Positions 23,629 through 33,732 of a stretch of 48,641 bases of DNA are shown in pieces. The notes beneath the pieces are model-generated. The model ran no database searches. It saw nothing but the letters and a program-made list of their open reading frames with translations, and was not told the DNA's origin. Numbering within the stretch: the stretch's first letter is position 1; every line of letters begins with the position of its first letter. The stretch is from a bacterium (lineage in GTDB: Bacteria > Patescibacteriota > Minisyncoccia > Minisyncoccales > DAOWIS01). The DNA lies in assembly GCA_030640805.1 (NCBI GenBank), contig DAOWIS010000004.1, forward strand, positions 1-48,641. The letters run 5' to 3'. A program made the translations under genes and the position numbers.

Positions 23629-24966
23629 ATGAACAAGAGTCAACTTTGGCAATCTGTTCTTGCTGAAATTGAATTAAATACCTCGCCGGCTAATTTTGCC
23701 ACTTGGTTTAAGCAAACCTCTGTCTTTTCCAAAAAAGATAGTGTAATTACTATCCAGGTTCCCAATGCTTTCACTAAAGAATGGTTGGAAAATAAATACA
23801 ATAAATTTATTTTTAAAACTATTCGTTCTTTTCTGCCAGAAATAAAAGAAATTAATTATACCATCCACCAACCAAAACCCAAGATCCTTTCTTTTAAAAA
23901 AACTCCCTCTTTAGAAAGACAGTTAGATATATCTCAAATCAAAATCAATAAAGAAACGAATCTTAATCCTCGATATACCTTTGAATCATTTGTGGTTGGT
24001 TCTTTTAATGAATTAGCTAATGCTGCCAGTCAAGCAGTGGTAAAATCGCCAGGCCGAACCTATAATCCTTTATTTATTTATGGAGGGGTTGGGTTAGGGA
24101 AAACTCATCTTCTCCAGTCCATAGGGAACGAAATAACAAAAAATAAACCGTCTTTTAGAGTAATCTACCTTCCTTCAGAAAGATTCACTTCAGAATTGGT
24201 CTCGTCTATTCGGTCTAAAACCGTAAATAATCTTAAACAGAAATATCAAAAAATGGATGTCTTAATTTTGGATGATGTCCAGTTTCTGGGTGGAAAAGAA
24301 AAAACTCAGGAAGAATTTTTTCATATTTTTAATTGTTTGTACGAAAAAAATAAGCAAATTATTTTAAGCTCGGACTGTCCCCCAAAATCTATTTCCACCT
24401 TAGAAGAAAGGCTTCGTTCCCGATTTGAGGGCGGAATGATAGCTGACATTGGATATCCTGATTTTGAAACAAGGGTGGCTATACTTAAAACAAAAATCCA
24501 AGAAAAAAATGTCCAAATTAATGATGGAATTATAAACTTTATTGCTGAGAATATTACAAATAATATTCGGGAGATAGAAGGAGCGCTAAATCGAGTGATT
24601 GCCTCTAATTCTCTTTCTACCCTTTCTTTAGAAGAAGCAAAAAGAAACCTCAAAAAAATTATCACTCCACTAAAAACTATTACCAATTTTAAAAATATCA
24701 TCAAAACAGTTTGTGAGTTCTACGACATATTAGAAAAAAATCTTATTGCTAAGTCTCGAAAAAAAGAAGTAGTTTATCCAAGACAAGTAGCAATGTATTT
24801 AGTTAGAGAAGAATTAAAAAATTCTTATCCCTCAATAGGAGATAGGTTTGGGAAAAGAGACCATACTACTGTTATTTATGCTTGTGAAAAAATTGAAAAA
24901 GAATTACAAAAAGAAGAGAAACTTTTTCAGGAAATAAGTATTATCCGTCAACGACTCTATAAATAG
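23629..24966 (+). CDS. dnaA: Chromosomal replication initiator protein DnaA
   Basis: Motifs seen are NPLFIYGGVGLGKTHLL, LILDDVQFL.GKE.TQEEFFH.FN, NIRE.EGAL and the C-terminal HTTV DNA-binding motif. Confidence 0.95.
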   Translation: MNKSQLWQSVLAEIELNTSPANFATWFKQTSVFSKKDSVITIQVPNAFTKEWLENKYNKFIFKTIRSFLPEIKEINYTIHQPKPKILSFKKTPSLERQLDISQIKINKETNLNPRYTFESFVVGSFNELANAASQAVVKSPGRTYNPLFIYGGVGLGKTHLLQSIGNEITKNKPSFRVIYLPSERFTSELVSSIRSKTVNNLKQKYQKMDVLILDDVQFLGGKEKTQEEFFHIFNCLYEKNKQIILSSDCPPKSISTLEERLRSRFEGGMIADIGYPDFETRVAILKTKIQEKNVQINDGIINFIAENITNNIREIEGALNRVIASNSLSTLSLEEAKRNLKKIITPLKTITNFKNIIKTVCEFYDILEKNLIAKSRKKEVVYPRQVAMYLVREELKNSYPSIGDRFGKRDHTTVIYACEKIEKELQKEEKLFQEISIIRQRLYK

Positions 24967-25233
24967 ATAATAATTTAGGTATTAGATATTGGATGTTTAA
25001 AAAGTGTTAAAAAATTGTGGTTTAATTAAGGATTAACTGGGGAAAGAAAAATAAAAAATAAAAAATAAAATAAAATTTAATTTTTTTCCACTTTATTTTC
25101 ACAAATTTTTAACAAATTTATCTACATATTATTTTCATTAACACATTACTAAACCTTTAAAAATTATTAATTTTACACACTATAATAATAGTAATAATAA
25201 TTTATATAAACTATTATTACTATTAAAAATTTT
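24967..25233. other. Candidate oriC segment (degenerate DnaA boxes plus a very AT-rich tract)
   Basis: TTATCTACA at 25118-25126 has one mismatch, and several boxes with two mismatches are present. A run of almost only A/T lies at about 25170-25230. This is the classic dnaA-dnaN spacer location. Confidence 0.45.
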
Positions 25234-26364
25234 ATGAAAATTATCTGTCTCCAAAAAAAATTAAATCAAGCTATAATTATTACTGAAAAAATTATAGGAA
25301 AAAGTTTTTCTTTACCTGTTTTAGATAATTTATTATTAACTACAGAGAAAAATTTTCTAAAAATATCTTCTACTGATTTAGAATTAGGTATTTCTATTTG
25401 GATTCCAATTAAACTTATAAAAGAGGGAAGTATTAGTATTCCCGCAAAATTAATTAAAGAATATATTTCTAATCTTCCTAATGAAAAAATTGAATTAGAA
25501 TCAAAAAATAATAATCTTCTTATTAAATGTAAAAATTATAAGGCAATTATAAAAGGAGTTGATCCAAAAGATTATCCCCTTATTCCTCAAATAAAAGAAG
25601 GAATAGAATATTTAGAAATAGGAATTAAGGATTTTATTAATGGTCTTTCTATGATAATAGAAACAACCTCTAATTCCGAAACCCAAATAGAAATTTCAGG
25701 GATATTTATAAACTTCTTTAAAAATAACATTAAATTTGTGGCTACAGATAGTTTTAGATTAGCGGAAAAATCTATTTCTTTTTCTCAAGCAATAAAAAAA
25801 CAATTTTCAATTATTCTTCCTAAAAAAACCGCCCAATAAAAAATTAGAATTTTTCAAGGAAGCGGAGAAACATTTAAAATTTTTACTAATCCAAATCAAA
25901 TTTGGTTTAGTTTTTCTCCTAAAGAAATTTCTCTTCCTAAAATCCAGTTAGTTTCTAGATTGATTGAGGGAAAATACCCTGATTACGAACAAATTATTCC
26001 TAAAAATTTCGAAACCCAAATAATTTTAGATAAAGAAGAGTTTTTAAAACATATAAAAATGGCTAGTTTTTTCACCCCTAAACTTAACGAAGTAAGGTTA
26101 AAAATAGAACCCTCCAAAAAAACAATAGAAATTTTATCTCAAGATGTAGACTTAGGAGAAAACAAATCTCAGATGAAAGCAAAGAATATAAAGGGTAAAA
26201 AAATGGAAATAAATTTTAACTGGAGGTATCTTTTAGATGGTCTTAACAATATTTTGAGTTCCGAGATAATTTTCAATCTGAACCAAGAAGAAAGCCCTGT
26301 CACCTTTCAACCAGTAGGAGACCTTAGTTATATTTACGTAGTAATGCCCATCAAAGCAAGTTAG
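25234..26364 (+). pseudogene. dnaN: DNA polymerase III beta sliding clamp interrupted by a single in-frame TAA (25837-25839)
   Basis: ORFs 25234..25839 and 25960..26364 are in the same frame. The stretch between them is open and reads KIRIFQGSGETFKIF...LVSRLIEGKYPDYEQIIP, which is clamp-like. Total length is 377 codons. Confidence 0.85.
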
Positions 26365-26403
26365 ATATTGAATGTTGGTTATCCATTATCTATCATCTAA
26401 TAT

Positions 26404-26685
26404 ATGTTTGTTCCTCTAAAAAAAATAATCCCTTCTTCTTCAAAGAAATTATGGATAGAAAAACGAATTAAGGCAAATCAGATTTGTGATTTATACGATA
26501 AGATTAATAAGAGTAATAATGGGCAAACAAAAACATTATTTTTTAAAAACAAAACTCTCTTTGTAAAAGTAGTTAACTCTATTTTGTCTCAAGAACTTCA
26601 ATTAAAACAAGAGGAGATTAAAAAATATATCAACAAAAAAATAGGCGAAGAGGTGATAAAAAAGATAAAATTTCTCATTCAGTAA
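26404..26685 (+). CDS. DUF721 (DciA-like) small protein
   Basis: It lies right after dnaN. The pattern ...KNKTLFVKVVNSILSQELQLKQEEI...IN...G...IKKIKF resembles DUF721. Confidence 0.55.
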   Translation: MFVPLKKIIPSSSKKLWIEKRIKANQICDLYDKINKSNNGQTKTLFFKNKTLFVKVVNSILSQELQLKQEEIKKYINKKIGEEVIKKIKFLIQ

Positions 26686-26688
26686 ATT

Positions 26689-29265
26689 TTATTCTATAAT
26701 TATTTCAATTTTATCTTCTTCTTTATTGCTTTCTATATCATAAACCCTTACCAGCAAAGGGTTTTCTTTTTTTAATTTAAATTCTTTAAGATTAAATTTA
26801 AATAAGTGTTCATACTTTATTTTTTTTGTTAAAACTGTATAAATTTTACCCCCGAATATTAAATCAATTTTTTTTATTCCCAAAGGAGCGGTAGCCGATA
26901 CTTTTATTTCTATTATGTCGGAGTTATTAAATCTTTCTCCATCTTCCGGTGAAAGAATAGAGACAAAGGGGAGATTATTTTCTTGGAGATCATAACCGTC
27001 ATCATCATATTCTGTAGGAGGTTTTTGATATAGAGTTTTATCAAAATTTTCATCGGGTATTTCTATCCAATTTTTAATTGCTTCTTCCCAATTTAGAAAT
27101 TGAGGATCAGTATTTGGTTCTTGGGGATAAATCCCTTGAGGATTGTCTTTTTCTACATAATAAAGGATGGAATGAGGTTCAATATATTTTTTCTTTTTAA
27201 TTAAGCAGGGAGGAGTAGAACTAGTTGCCAATTTTCCATTAGTTTTATTTATTTCTACTATTTTGACATTTTCAAATCGCCCATTTAAGATTAGCTTATT
27301 AGTAACCATTGGTTCCGGTTTTTTAAATTCTTCAATTTCTTCCGGCAAGACAAATTCATTTTGTGATTTGTGATTTGGGTTTTGTGATTTTATCAAGTAG
27401 GCCTTTTTCATAAATTCATTCCAGATTGGGGCAGCTGCTCTTATCCCTGAGCCTTTATACATTAATGAACCATCGTTATTTCCTACCCAGACTCCAGACA
27501 CTAAAGATGGAGTATAACCTACTGTCCAGGCATCTTTAAATTCTTGGGTGGTACCGGTTTTAGCTGCTATTGGTCTATCTCCTAAAATAAGATTATTTTT
27601 AATTCCGAACATCGGACTTCTAGCTTGGTTATCAGACAAAATATCATTAATCAGTCTGGCAATTTGAGGGTCTAAAACTCTTATTGGATTAGATTTAAAT
27701 TCTTCTATGATTTCTCCTTTTAAATTTTCGATATAAAGAATACTAGAAGGCGGATGCTTTAATCCTTCAGTGGCAAAAACCCCGTAGGATGCTACTTCGT
27801 CTAAAAGTTTTACCTCTCCACCTCCCAAGACCAGAGATAAACCATAATTCTCTCTATCATTTAGGGTTGTAATCCCTAAATCCTTAGCGGTATTTATAGT
27901 TTCATTGACTCCAGCTAGATATAAAACTTTTATTGAAGGGATATTTAAAGATTGAGCCAAGGCCTGACGCATTGTTAATGGTCCTCGAAATTTATTGTCA
28001 TAATTAGAAGGGAAACTGTCCCAGCCAGGGAAATTGGTTTCAACATCCCAAATAATAGTGTCGGGAGTATAACCTTTTTTGAAAGCAGCAGCATAAGCAA
28101 ATGGTTTAAAAGAAGAACCGGGTTGACGGTGAGGAGAAATAGCCACATTATATTTTCCTTCTATATTTTCGTCAAACCAATCACGAGAGCCAACCATAGA
28201 TAGAATCTCTCCACTTTTTGGGTCTATAGCCACCAAGGCAGCATTTTCTGCTAAATACCATTTTTCATTTTTTTCAACTCTCTCCTTTATAATTTTTTCA
28301 GCTAATTCCTCTAATTCCCAATCGAGGGTAGTATAAACTTTGAAGCCTGATTTTTGGATAAAATTCTCGGCTTCTTTTTGAGCAAAGTTATACTTTCTTT
28401 GGAAATAATTTATTAACTCCTGCTGGACATAAAATACAAAATGAGGGGCTAAAATTGTGGAAGAAGGGAAGGCATAAGATACTTTTTCTTCTTTAGCAGA
28501 TTTAAGTTCTTCAGAAGAGATATAACCCAAGACAGCCATTCGATCCAAGATATATTCCTGACGAGATTTCAACTGTTCAGGATGAGAGAAATAATAACTA
28601 GGGGCCTTAGGAAGAGCAGCCAAAAGCGCTGATTCTGCTAAAGTAAGATCTTTTGCTTTCTTTTGGAAATAGAAGTGGGCAGTCTCCTCTATCCCGTAGA
28701 CATTAAAACCATAAGAAATTTGATTCAAATAAAAATTTAGTATTTCTTCTTTGGAATACTTCCTCTCTATTTCTATTGAGAGAATAATTTCTTTAAATTT
28801 CCGAGAAAGAGTTCTCTTCGGTATTTCTCCCTCCGGAGTTAAGAGGGCATTTTTTACTAATTGTTGAGTAATAGTTGAACCGCCTTGAACACTATTCCTA
28901 TGGAAAAAGTTATGTAAAAGAGCCCGAATTATAGATTTAAAATCTATTCCAAAATGTTTGTAAAAATCAGTGTCTTCGGTAACAATGGTAGCCTTAATTA
29001 AAAAAGGAGAGATTTCTTCATTTTTTACTATTGTTCTTTTTATTTCTCCAAATTGATAAAGTAGGACCTCTCCAGTCCGGTCGTAAATTTTAGTAGATTG
29101 AACAATTTCTCTTTCTCCAAACTCTTCGGGCCTGGGGAGGTCTTTAGCAAAATAGATAAATATTCCAATTACCACTATTACTAAGAAAAGAAAAATAGCC
29201 AAGAAGATTTTTAGAATGGCTTTGAACATATATAACCATTTTAGAGGATTTTTGGGATTTTTCAA
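26689..29265 (-). CDS. Class A penicillin-binding protein (glycosyltransferase + transpeptidase) with a C-terminal extension
   Basis: GT51 motifs are EDTDFYKH.G and GGSTITQQLVKN. Transpeptidase motifs are SSFKPF and KTGTT. It has an N-terminal TM segment and an in-frame heptamer-derived insert (KSQNPNHKSQN). Confidence 0.9.
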   Translation of the reverse strand: MKNPKNPLKWLYMFKAILKIFLAIFLFLVIVVIGIFIYFAKDLPRPEEFGEREIVQSTKIYDRTGEVLLYQFGEIKRTIVKNEEISPFLIKATIVTEDTDFYKHFGIDFKSIIRALLHNFFHRNSVQGGSTITQQLVKNALLTPEGEIPKRTLSRKFKEIILSIEIERKYSKEEILNFYLNQISYGFNVYGIEETAHFYFQKKAKDLTLAESALLAALPKAPSYYFSHPEQLKSRQEYILDRMAVLGYISSEELKSAKEEKVSYAFPSSTILAPHFVFYVQQELINYFQRKYNFAQKEAENFIQKSGFKVYTTLDWELEELAEKIIKERVEKNEKWYLAENAALVAIDPKSGEILSMVGSRDWFDENIEGKYNVAISPHRQPGSSFKPFAYAAAFKKGYTPDTIIWDVETNFPGWDSFPSNYDNKFRGPLTMRQALAQSLNIPSIKVLYLAGVNETINTAKDLGITTLNDRENYGLSLVLGGGEVKLLDEVASYGVFATEGLKHPPSSILYIENLKGEIIEEFKSNPIRVLDPQIARLINDILSDNQARSPMFGIKNNLILGDRPIAAKTGTTQEFKDAWTVGYTPSLVSGVWVGNNDGSLMYKGSGIRAAAPIWNEFMKKAYLIKSQNPNHKSQNEFVLPEEIEEFKKPEPMVTNKLILNGRFENVKIVEINKTNGKLATSSTPPCLIKKKKYIEPHSILYYVEKDNPQGIYPQEPNTDPQFLNWEEAIKNWIEIPDENFDKTLYQKPPTEYDDDGYDLQENNLPFVSILSPEDGERFNNSDIIEIKVSATAPLGIKKIDLIFGGKIYTVLTKKIKYEHLFKFNLKEFKLKKENPLLVRVYDIESNKEEDKIEIIIE
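27362..27389. repeat. Heptamer array (tgtgatt-type x4, one copy degenerate) inside the PBP gene
   Basis: Read directly in the sequence. Confidence 0.8.
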
Positions 29266-29356
29266 GTCATTTCAAACTTTACAGAGAACGGTTCTCTGTA
29301 AATTGATTCTTTTAAGAATTTCCTTTTTTAAGGGAAAATGATACAATCTAAAAAAG

Positions 29357-30562
29357 ATGAAGATAGATACTAATTCCAAGAAAATAAAAGAATTACTAAC
29401 AAGGGGAGTAAAGGAAGTTATTGTAAAAAAGCATTTAGAAAAGCGCTTGAAATCCGGCAAGAAACTTCGGGTGAAATTTGGTATTGATCCTACTGCTCCT
29501 GATATTCATTTAGGGCATAGTGTTCCTCTTTTAAAATTGAAACAATTCCAAGATTTAGGACATCAGATAATAATAATTATCGGCGACTGGACTGCTTCTA
29601 TTGGTGATCCCTCAGGAAGAAATAGAACTCGGTCGCCTCTTTCTCAAAAAGAAATAGCAAAAAATTGTAAAACTTACATTGATCAAATCTCTAAAATTTT
29701 AGACAGAAAAAAAACCGAGTTTCGAGAACAAAATGAGTGGTGTAAGAAATTTGATTTAAAAAAAGTGATAAATTTAGAAAGTAAATTTTCAGTGCCTTTT
29801 TTACTAAGTCATAAGACATTCAGAGAAAGATTAAAAAAGGGATTACCCTTTATGGTTCATGAAGTTTTATACCCGCTGCTTCAGGCCTATGATTCTTTAG
29901 TAGTAAAAGCGGACATAGAGATAGGAGCCGTTGAGCAGAAATTTAATCTTCTAACTGGAAGAGAACTTCAAAAAAAGGAAAGAAAGCCAGAACAAGATAT
30001 TTTAATGACTGAATATTTAATGGGGTTGGATGGTAAAAGAAAAATGAGCAAGAGTTTTAAAAATTATATTGCCTTTAATGATCCACCATCAGAAATGTAT
30101 GGGAAGATAATGTCTATTCCCGACAATCTTATTGGCCAATATTTTGAATTAGCGACAAAAGTTTCTTTGAAAGAGATAAGTAAGATTAAACAAGCCCTAA
30201 AACAGAGAAAAACGAATCCTAAAGACCTCAAAGCAAGATTGGCTCGAGAAATTGTGACGATATATCATAGCAAAAAAACAGCCCAGGAAGCGGAAAAAGA
30301 ATTCAAGAGGATTTTTAAAAAGAAAGAAACTCCTTCTATAATTCCCGAAATAAAGATTAAGAGGAAATCTTTAAATATTTTGGACTTATTAATAAAAACA
30401 AAAATGGCTTCTTCGAAATCAGAAGCCAAAAGATTGGTAGAACAGGGAGGAGTAAGAATTAATAAAAGGTTAATAGAGAATTGGAGAAATGAAATTCAAA
30501 TAGAAAAAGAAATGATAGTTCAGGCAGGAAAAAGAAAATTTATTAAAATTAGGACCAATTAA
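29357..30562 (+). CDS. tyrS: Tyrosine--tRNA ligase
   Basis: The HIGH-type motif is DIHLGH and the KMSKS motif is present. The C-terminus is S4-like (SKSEAKRL..QGGV.IN). Confidence 0.9.
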   Translation: MKIDTNSKKIKELLTRGVKEVIVKKHLEKRLKSGKKLRVKFGIDPTAPDIHLGHSVPLLKLKQFQDLGHQIIIIIGDWTASIGDPSGRNRTRSPLSQKEIAKNCKTYIDQISKILDRKKTEFREQNEWCKKFDLKKVINLESKFSVPFLLSHKTFRERLKKGLPFMVHEVLYPLLQAYDSLVVKADIEIGAVEQKFNLLTGRELQKKERKPEQDILMTEYLMGLDGKRKMSKSFKNYIAFNDPPSEMYGKIMSIPDNLIGQYFELATKVSLKEISKIKQALKQRKTNPKDLKARLAREIVTIYHSKKTAQEAEKEFKRIFKKKETPSIIPEIKIKRKSLNILDLLIKTKMASSKSEAKRLVEQGGVRINKRLIENWRNEIQIEKEMIVQAGKRKFIKIRTN

Positions 30563-31425
30563 AGAGTTTTCTTTTTTTCAATGTACTTAATTATTTCTTC
30601 TGCCACATTAATTCCTGTAACCTTCATAAATCTTTTAAATTGGGGTGAGCGGTTGACTTCCAAAACAGAAAGTTTGTCTTTTTGATTTGGCATAATATCT
30701 ACTCCGGCAAATTCTATTCCTGTTGCTTTGGCTGCCCTTAAAGCTAAATTTTTCAAAAGAGAAGTTAATTCTGTTTTTTTAGATCTTTTTTCCAAAAGAA
30801 TTTTTGGTCTTTTTTTACATTTCAAAGACAATCTTTCTATTGCTCCAAATGCCTTATTCCCTAAGACCAGAACTCGGTAGTATTTTTTGGATGGGTACCA
30901 TTCTTGGATTAAATAATGGTATTTTTTATTTTTAATAAAAAAGTTTAAAGCTTCTTTTTTTGTATCAAATCTGAAGACGCTCCTTCCTTTCATTTCCTTT
31001 ATATGTTTAATAATGATTGGTGTTTTTAAATCTTTTAAAGCATATTTTACCTTTTTAAGATTTAATGGATAGAAAGTTTTTGGTTGAGGAATTTTAGCTT
31101 CCCATAGTTTAGAATGCATTAAAAATTTATGATAGTCATAATTTCCTCTTGCCAGTATTTCATCAATTATTATTCTCTTATTATTTCTCATATATTTAGC
31201 TATTATTTTTGCCTCAATAATATGTTTATTAATAGCTCGAAAAAGAATAGCATCAAAAGAGGACAATTCTTGTTTATTTGGTAATAAAATAGAGAGTTTT
31301 TTATCCCCTTTAAAAATTAAACGGGTCAAGGGAACTATTTTAAGGTGGTGGTTTCTTTTTTCTGCCTCCCCTTTTAATAATTTAGATTCTATTACTTTTC
31401 GTGAGCCAATAATAATAATTTTCAT
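30559..31425 (-). CDS. RimK-like ATP-grasp amidoligase
   Basis: ATP-grasp signatures are YLIQEW...YYRVLVLG and GVDIM....L.VLEVNRSPQF. It overlaps the upstream gene by 4 nt. Confidence 0.7.
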   Translation of the reverse strand: MKIIIIGSRKVIESKLLKGEAEKRNHHLKIVPLTRLIFKGDKKLSILLPNKQELSSFDAILFRAINKHIIEAKIIAKYMRNNKRIIIDEILARGNYDYHKFLMHSKLWEAKIPQPKTFYPLNLKKVKYALKDLKTPIIIKHIKEMKGRSVFRFDTKKEALNFFIKNKKYHYLIQEWYPSKKYYRVLVLGNKAFGAIERLSLKCKKRPKILLEKRSKKTELTSLLKNLALRAAKATGIEFAGVDIMPNQKDKLSVLEVNRSPQFKRFMKVTGINVAEEIIKYIEKKKTL

Positions 31426-32369
31426 AACTTAAAGATATATTTTAAAATCTCTTTAGTAACATTAACTGGTTTACCCTGATGGGGCAGGTGATGAATGTAG
31501 AGATCAGGTCGAGAGTTGATTTCAATGAATTTTATTTTCTGTTTTTTTGGCGAGCAGGAAAGATTATCAGTTATAATATCTAATCCACCCAATTCTAAGC
31601 CAGTTACCCTGGTTGCTCTTAGGCACATTTTTTTAATCTCTGGATGGATTAAACCCGAGGGAAAGCTTTTTATTCTACCTCCTTCACTAAGTTTTGAGTA
31701 TTCTCTCAAGAATATTTTTTGTTTGAATGGCAAAATAGAGACGAGAGAAAGACCTTGGGATTTGATTAAGTTTTTCATTTCTTGATCAATATTGATTTTG
31801 GAATTAGTTTCTTTTTCTAATTTCTTGATAAGTTTTTTTATTGTTGATTTGCCATCTCCAGCCACAGAAGGAGGAATAAGTTGGGCAATACCTAAAATTT
31901 TATTTTTAAGAATTAAAATTCGAAATTCCTTACCTCGGACAAATTCTTGAATAATTACTGTTCCAATCCGGGGCAAAGAGAATAGATTTTTCAAAACAAG
32001 AATTGCCTTTTTATAATTAGAAACATTAACCCAGACATTTCTTGATTGACTATCGTGAGCATCTTTAATAACCATCGGCAAAGGTATTTTTCTTAATCTC
32101 TTTTTTGCTTCCCGGAAAGAAAAAGCAGTTACTGTCTTAGGGATAGGAATGTTATTTTGCTGCCAAAAGAAATAAGTAGCATCCTTGAAAAGGGGAATAT
32201 TCCTTGTTCCAAATCGATCCAGATTAATTCGGAAATCTCGTTGGACTAAAAACCTTTTTTTCCCCTTAATCAGGGCAATAATCTTTTCTTGCGGATAAAT
32301 AACCTCTACCTTAATTCCTAATTTTTTAGCCTCTTTTATAATAATCTCTGTATTTTTGTCTTTAATCAT
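31422..32369 (-). CDS. ATP-grasp amidoligase resembling the cyanophycin-synthetase N-terminal ligase domain
   Basis: VIIQEFV.GKEFRILIL....G.........GDGKSTIKKLI and GGLDII......FIEINSRP.L..H were recognised from memory of CphA-type sequences. Confidence 0.6.
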   Translation of the reverse strand: MIKDKNTEIIIKEAKKLGIKVEVIYPQEKIIALIKGKKRFLVQRDFRINLDRFGTRNIPLFKDATYFFWQQNNIPIPKTVTAFSFREAKKRLRKIPLPMVIKDAHDSQSRNVWVNVSNYKKAILVLKNLFSLPRIGTVIIQEFVRGKEFRILILKNKILGIAQLIPPSVAGDGKSTIKKLIKKLEKETNSKINIDQEMKNLIKSQGLSLVSILPFKQKIFLREYSKLSEGGRIKSFPSGLIHPEIKKMCLRATRVTGLELGGLDIITDNLSCSPKKQKIKFIEINSRPDLYIHHLPHQGKPVNVTKEILKYIFKL

Positions 32370-32371
32370 TT

Positions 32372-33727
32372 TTATTTTATCATTCTCTTTTCTTTGATTT
32401 TTTCTAAGACTTTTTCTGACATAAAAACATTTTTTGCTGGGTCAACCAAGAATTGCTTTAAATCTTTTCTGCCAACGATGATATCAAATTTCATCTCAAT
32501 GCGATTAGCCACAAATGCTTCAGTGGAAACCAATCTGTTATCTAAGATGAATGAGAGATCGACAATTGGTCTTTCCTCATTTCCTAAAGTCCCTCTTACC
32601 CTTTTGGTTCTTATTGTTTTAGTTAAGCCAAATTTATCAGCCAAGGATTGGCAAATAGTTGTCCGATAAGCACCGGTATCAATTTTTACTAAAATACTAT
32701 GTTTTCTGCCTTCAATATCAATAACTTCTATTGGTTCACAAATTCCAATTACCCTTCTACCAGAGATTTCTTCTAATTCTTCTTCTACCTCTCCGCCAAA
32801 TAAATCTTGAGCTAATTTTACTCTTTTTTGAAGGTTTTTAATTTTTAATCCTTTAATTCTTTCCAATCTTTCTCTTAAAGGAGCAAGATTGGCAATCTGA
32901 ATTGAAAGCCCTGGTCTGGCATTGAGCTCCAAAACCACTGGCCCTTTTTCTCTGTCTATGGCAATATCTACCCCTAAAAAGTTGACATTGGCAGCAATTT
33001 GGGATTGGACGGCCATAGTAAGAATTTCTGACCAATAAGGGATTTTTATTCCTCTAAGGATTAATCTCTTCTTAGGTAAGAAACTAATTAATTTTTGGTA
33101 CAAAATAGCATTAGTAGTAATTCCCGAGCCCATATCAATTCCTACTCCAATTGCTCCAGCATGGAGATTAGCCCGACCGTCAGATTCTTTTGTTGGCAGA
33201 CGAAATTCAGCCATTACTGGCATTCCGCCGTAGACTATAATTCTAATATCAGGAATTCCTTTCCAGGCATAAGGTTTGAATAACTTTAAAATTTTTATTC
33301 TTTCTTCAAAAAAAACAACATCGGGAATGCTATTTAGAGAAAAATTTCCATCTAAAATATTTAAAATATGATTTTTTAAGTCAGGAATAGTAATTTCTTT
33401 CCCGTCTACTTTTATCCAAACAGGAGACGGAGATTCTTTTTTTCTTCCATAAACTATTAAGATTCCTGCTCCTCCTAATCCTCGATTAGGTTTTAAGGCG
33501 AAACTATTAGGAAGAGTGTTCCAGTTAAAGCGATTAAGTTCTGACCTTTTTTTAATAATTCCATAAACTTTTGAAGTGGGTATGCCGGCTTTATTGAGAA
33601 TTCTTTTAGTAAGTAATTTATTATCAATAACACAACGAGCCCTCTTAAAGTGAGAGGGCTTAATAAATTCTTGGTTTCTGGCATTTATTCCTAAAATTTT
33701 TTGGCTTTTGGTAAAAATTTCAAGCAT
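32372..33727 (-). CDS. Alpha-L-glutamate-ligase-like ATP-grasp fused to a C-terminal retropepsin-like (DTG) domain
   Basis: The N-terminus is ILGINARNQEFI.P.....R...DNKLLTK. The ATP-grasp motif is GVDIAID.EKGPVVLELNARPGL. The C-terminal ~130 aa contain KIDTGAYRTTI, matching the family formerly named 'ATP-dependent Zn protease'/DUF785. Confidence 0.7.
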   Translation of the reverse strand: MLEIFTKSQKILGINARNQEFIKPSHFKRARCVIDNKLLTKRILNKAGIPTSKVYGIIKKRSELNRFNWNTLPNSFALKPNRGLGGAGILIVYGRKKESPSPVWIKVDGKEITIPDLKNHILNILDGNFSLNSIPDVVFFEERIKILKLFKPYAWKGIPDIRIIVYGGMPVMAEFRLPTKESDGRANLHAGAIGVGIDMGSGITTNAILYQKLISFLPKKRLILRGIKIPYWSEILTMAVQSQIAANVNFLGVDIAIDREKGPVVLELNARPGLSIQIANLAPLRERLERIKGLKIKNLQKRVKLAQDLFGGEVEEELEEISGRRVIGICEPIEVIDIEGRKHSILVKIDTGAYRTTICQSLADKFGLTKTIRTKRVRGTLGNEERPIVDLSFILDNRLVSTEAFVANRIEMKFDIIVGRKDLKQFLVDPAKNVFMSEKVLEKIKEKRMIK

Positions 33728-33732
33728 TATAA

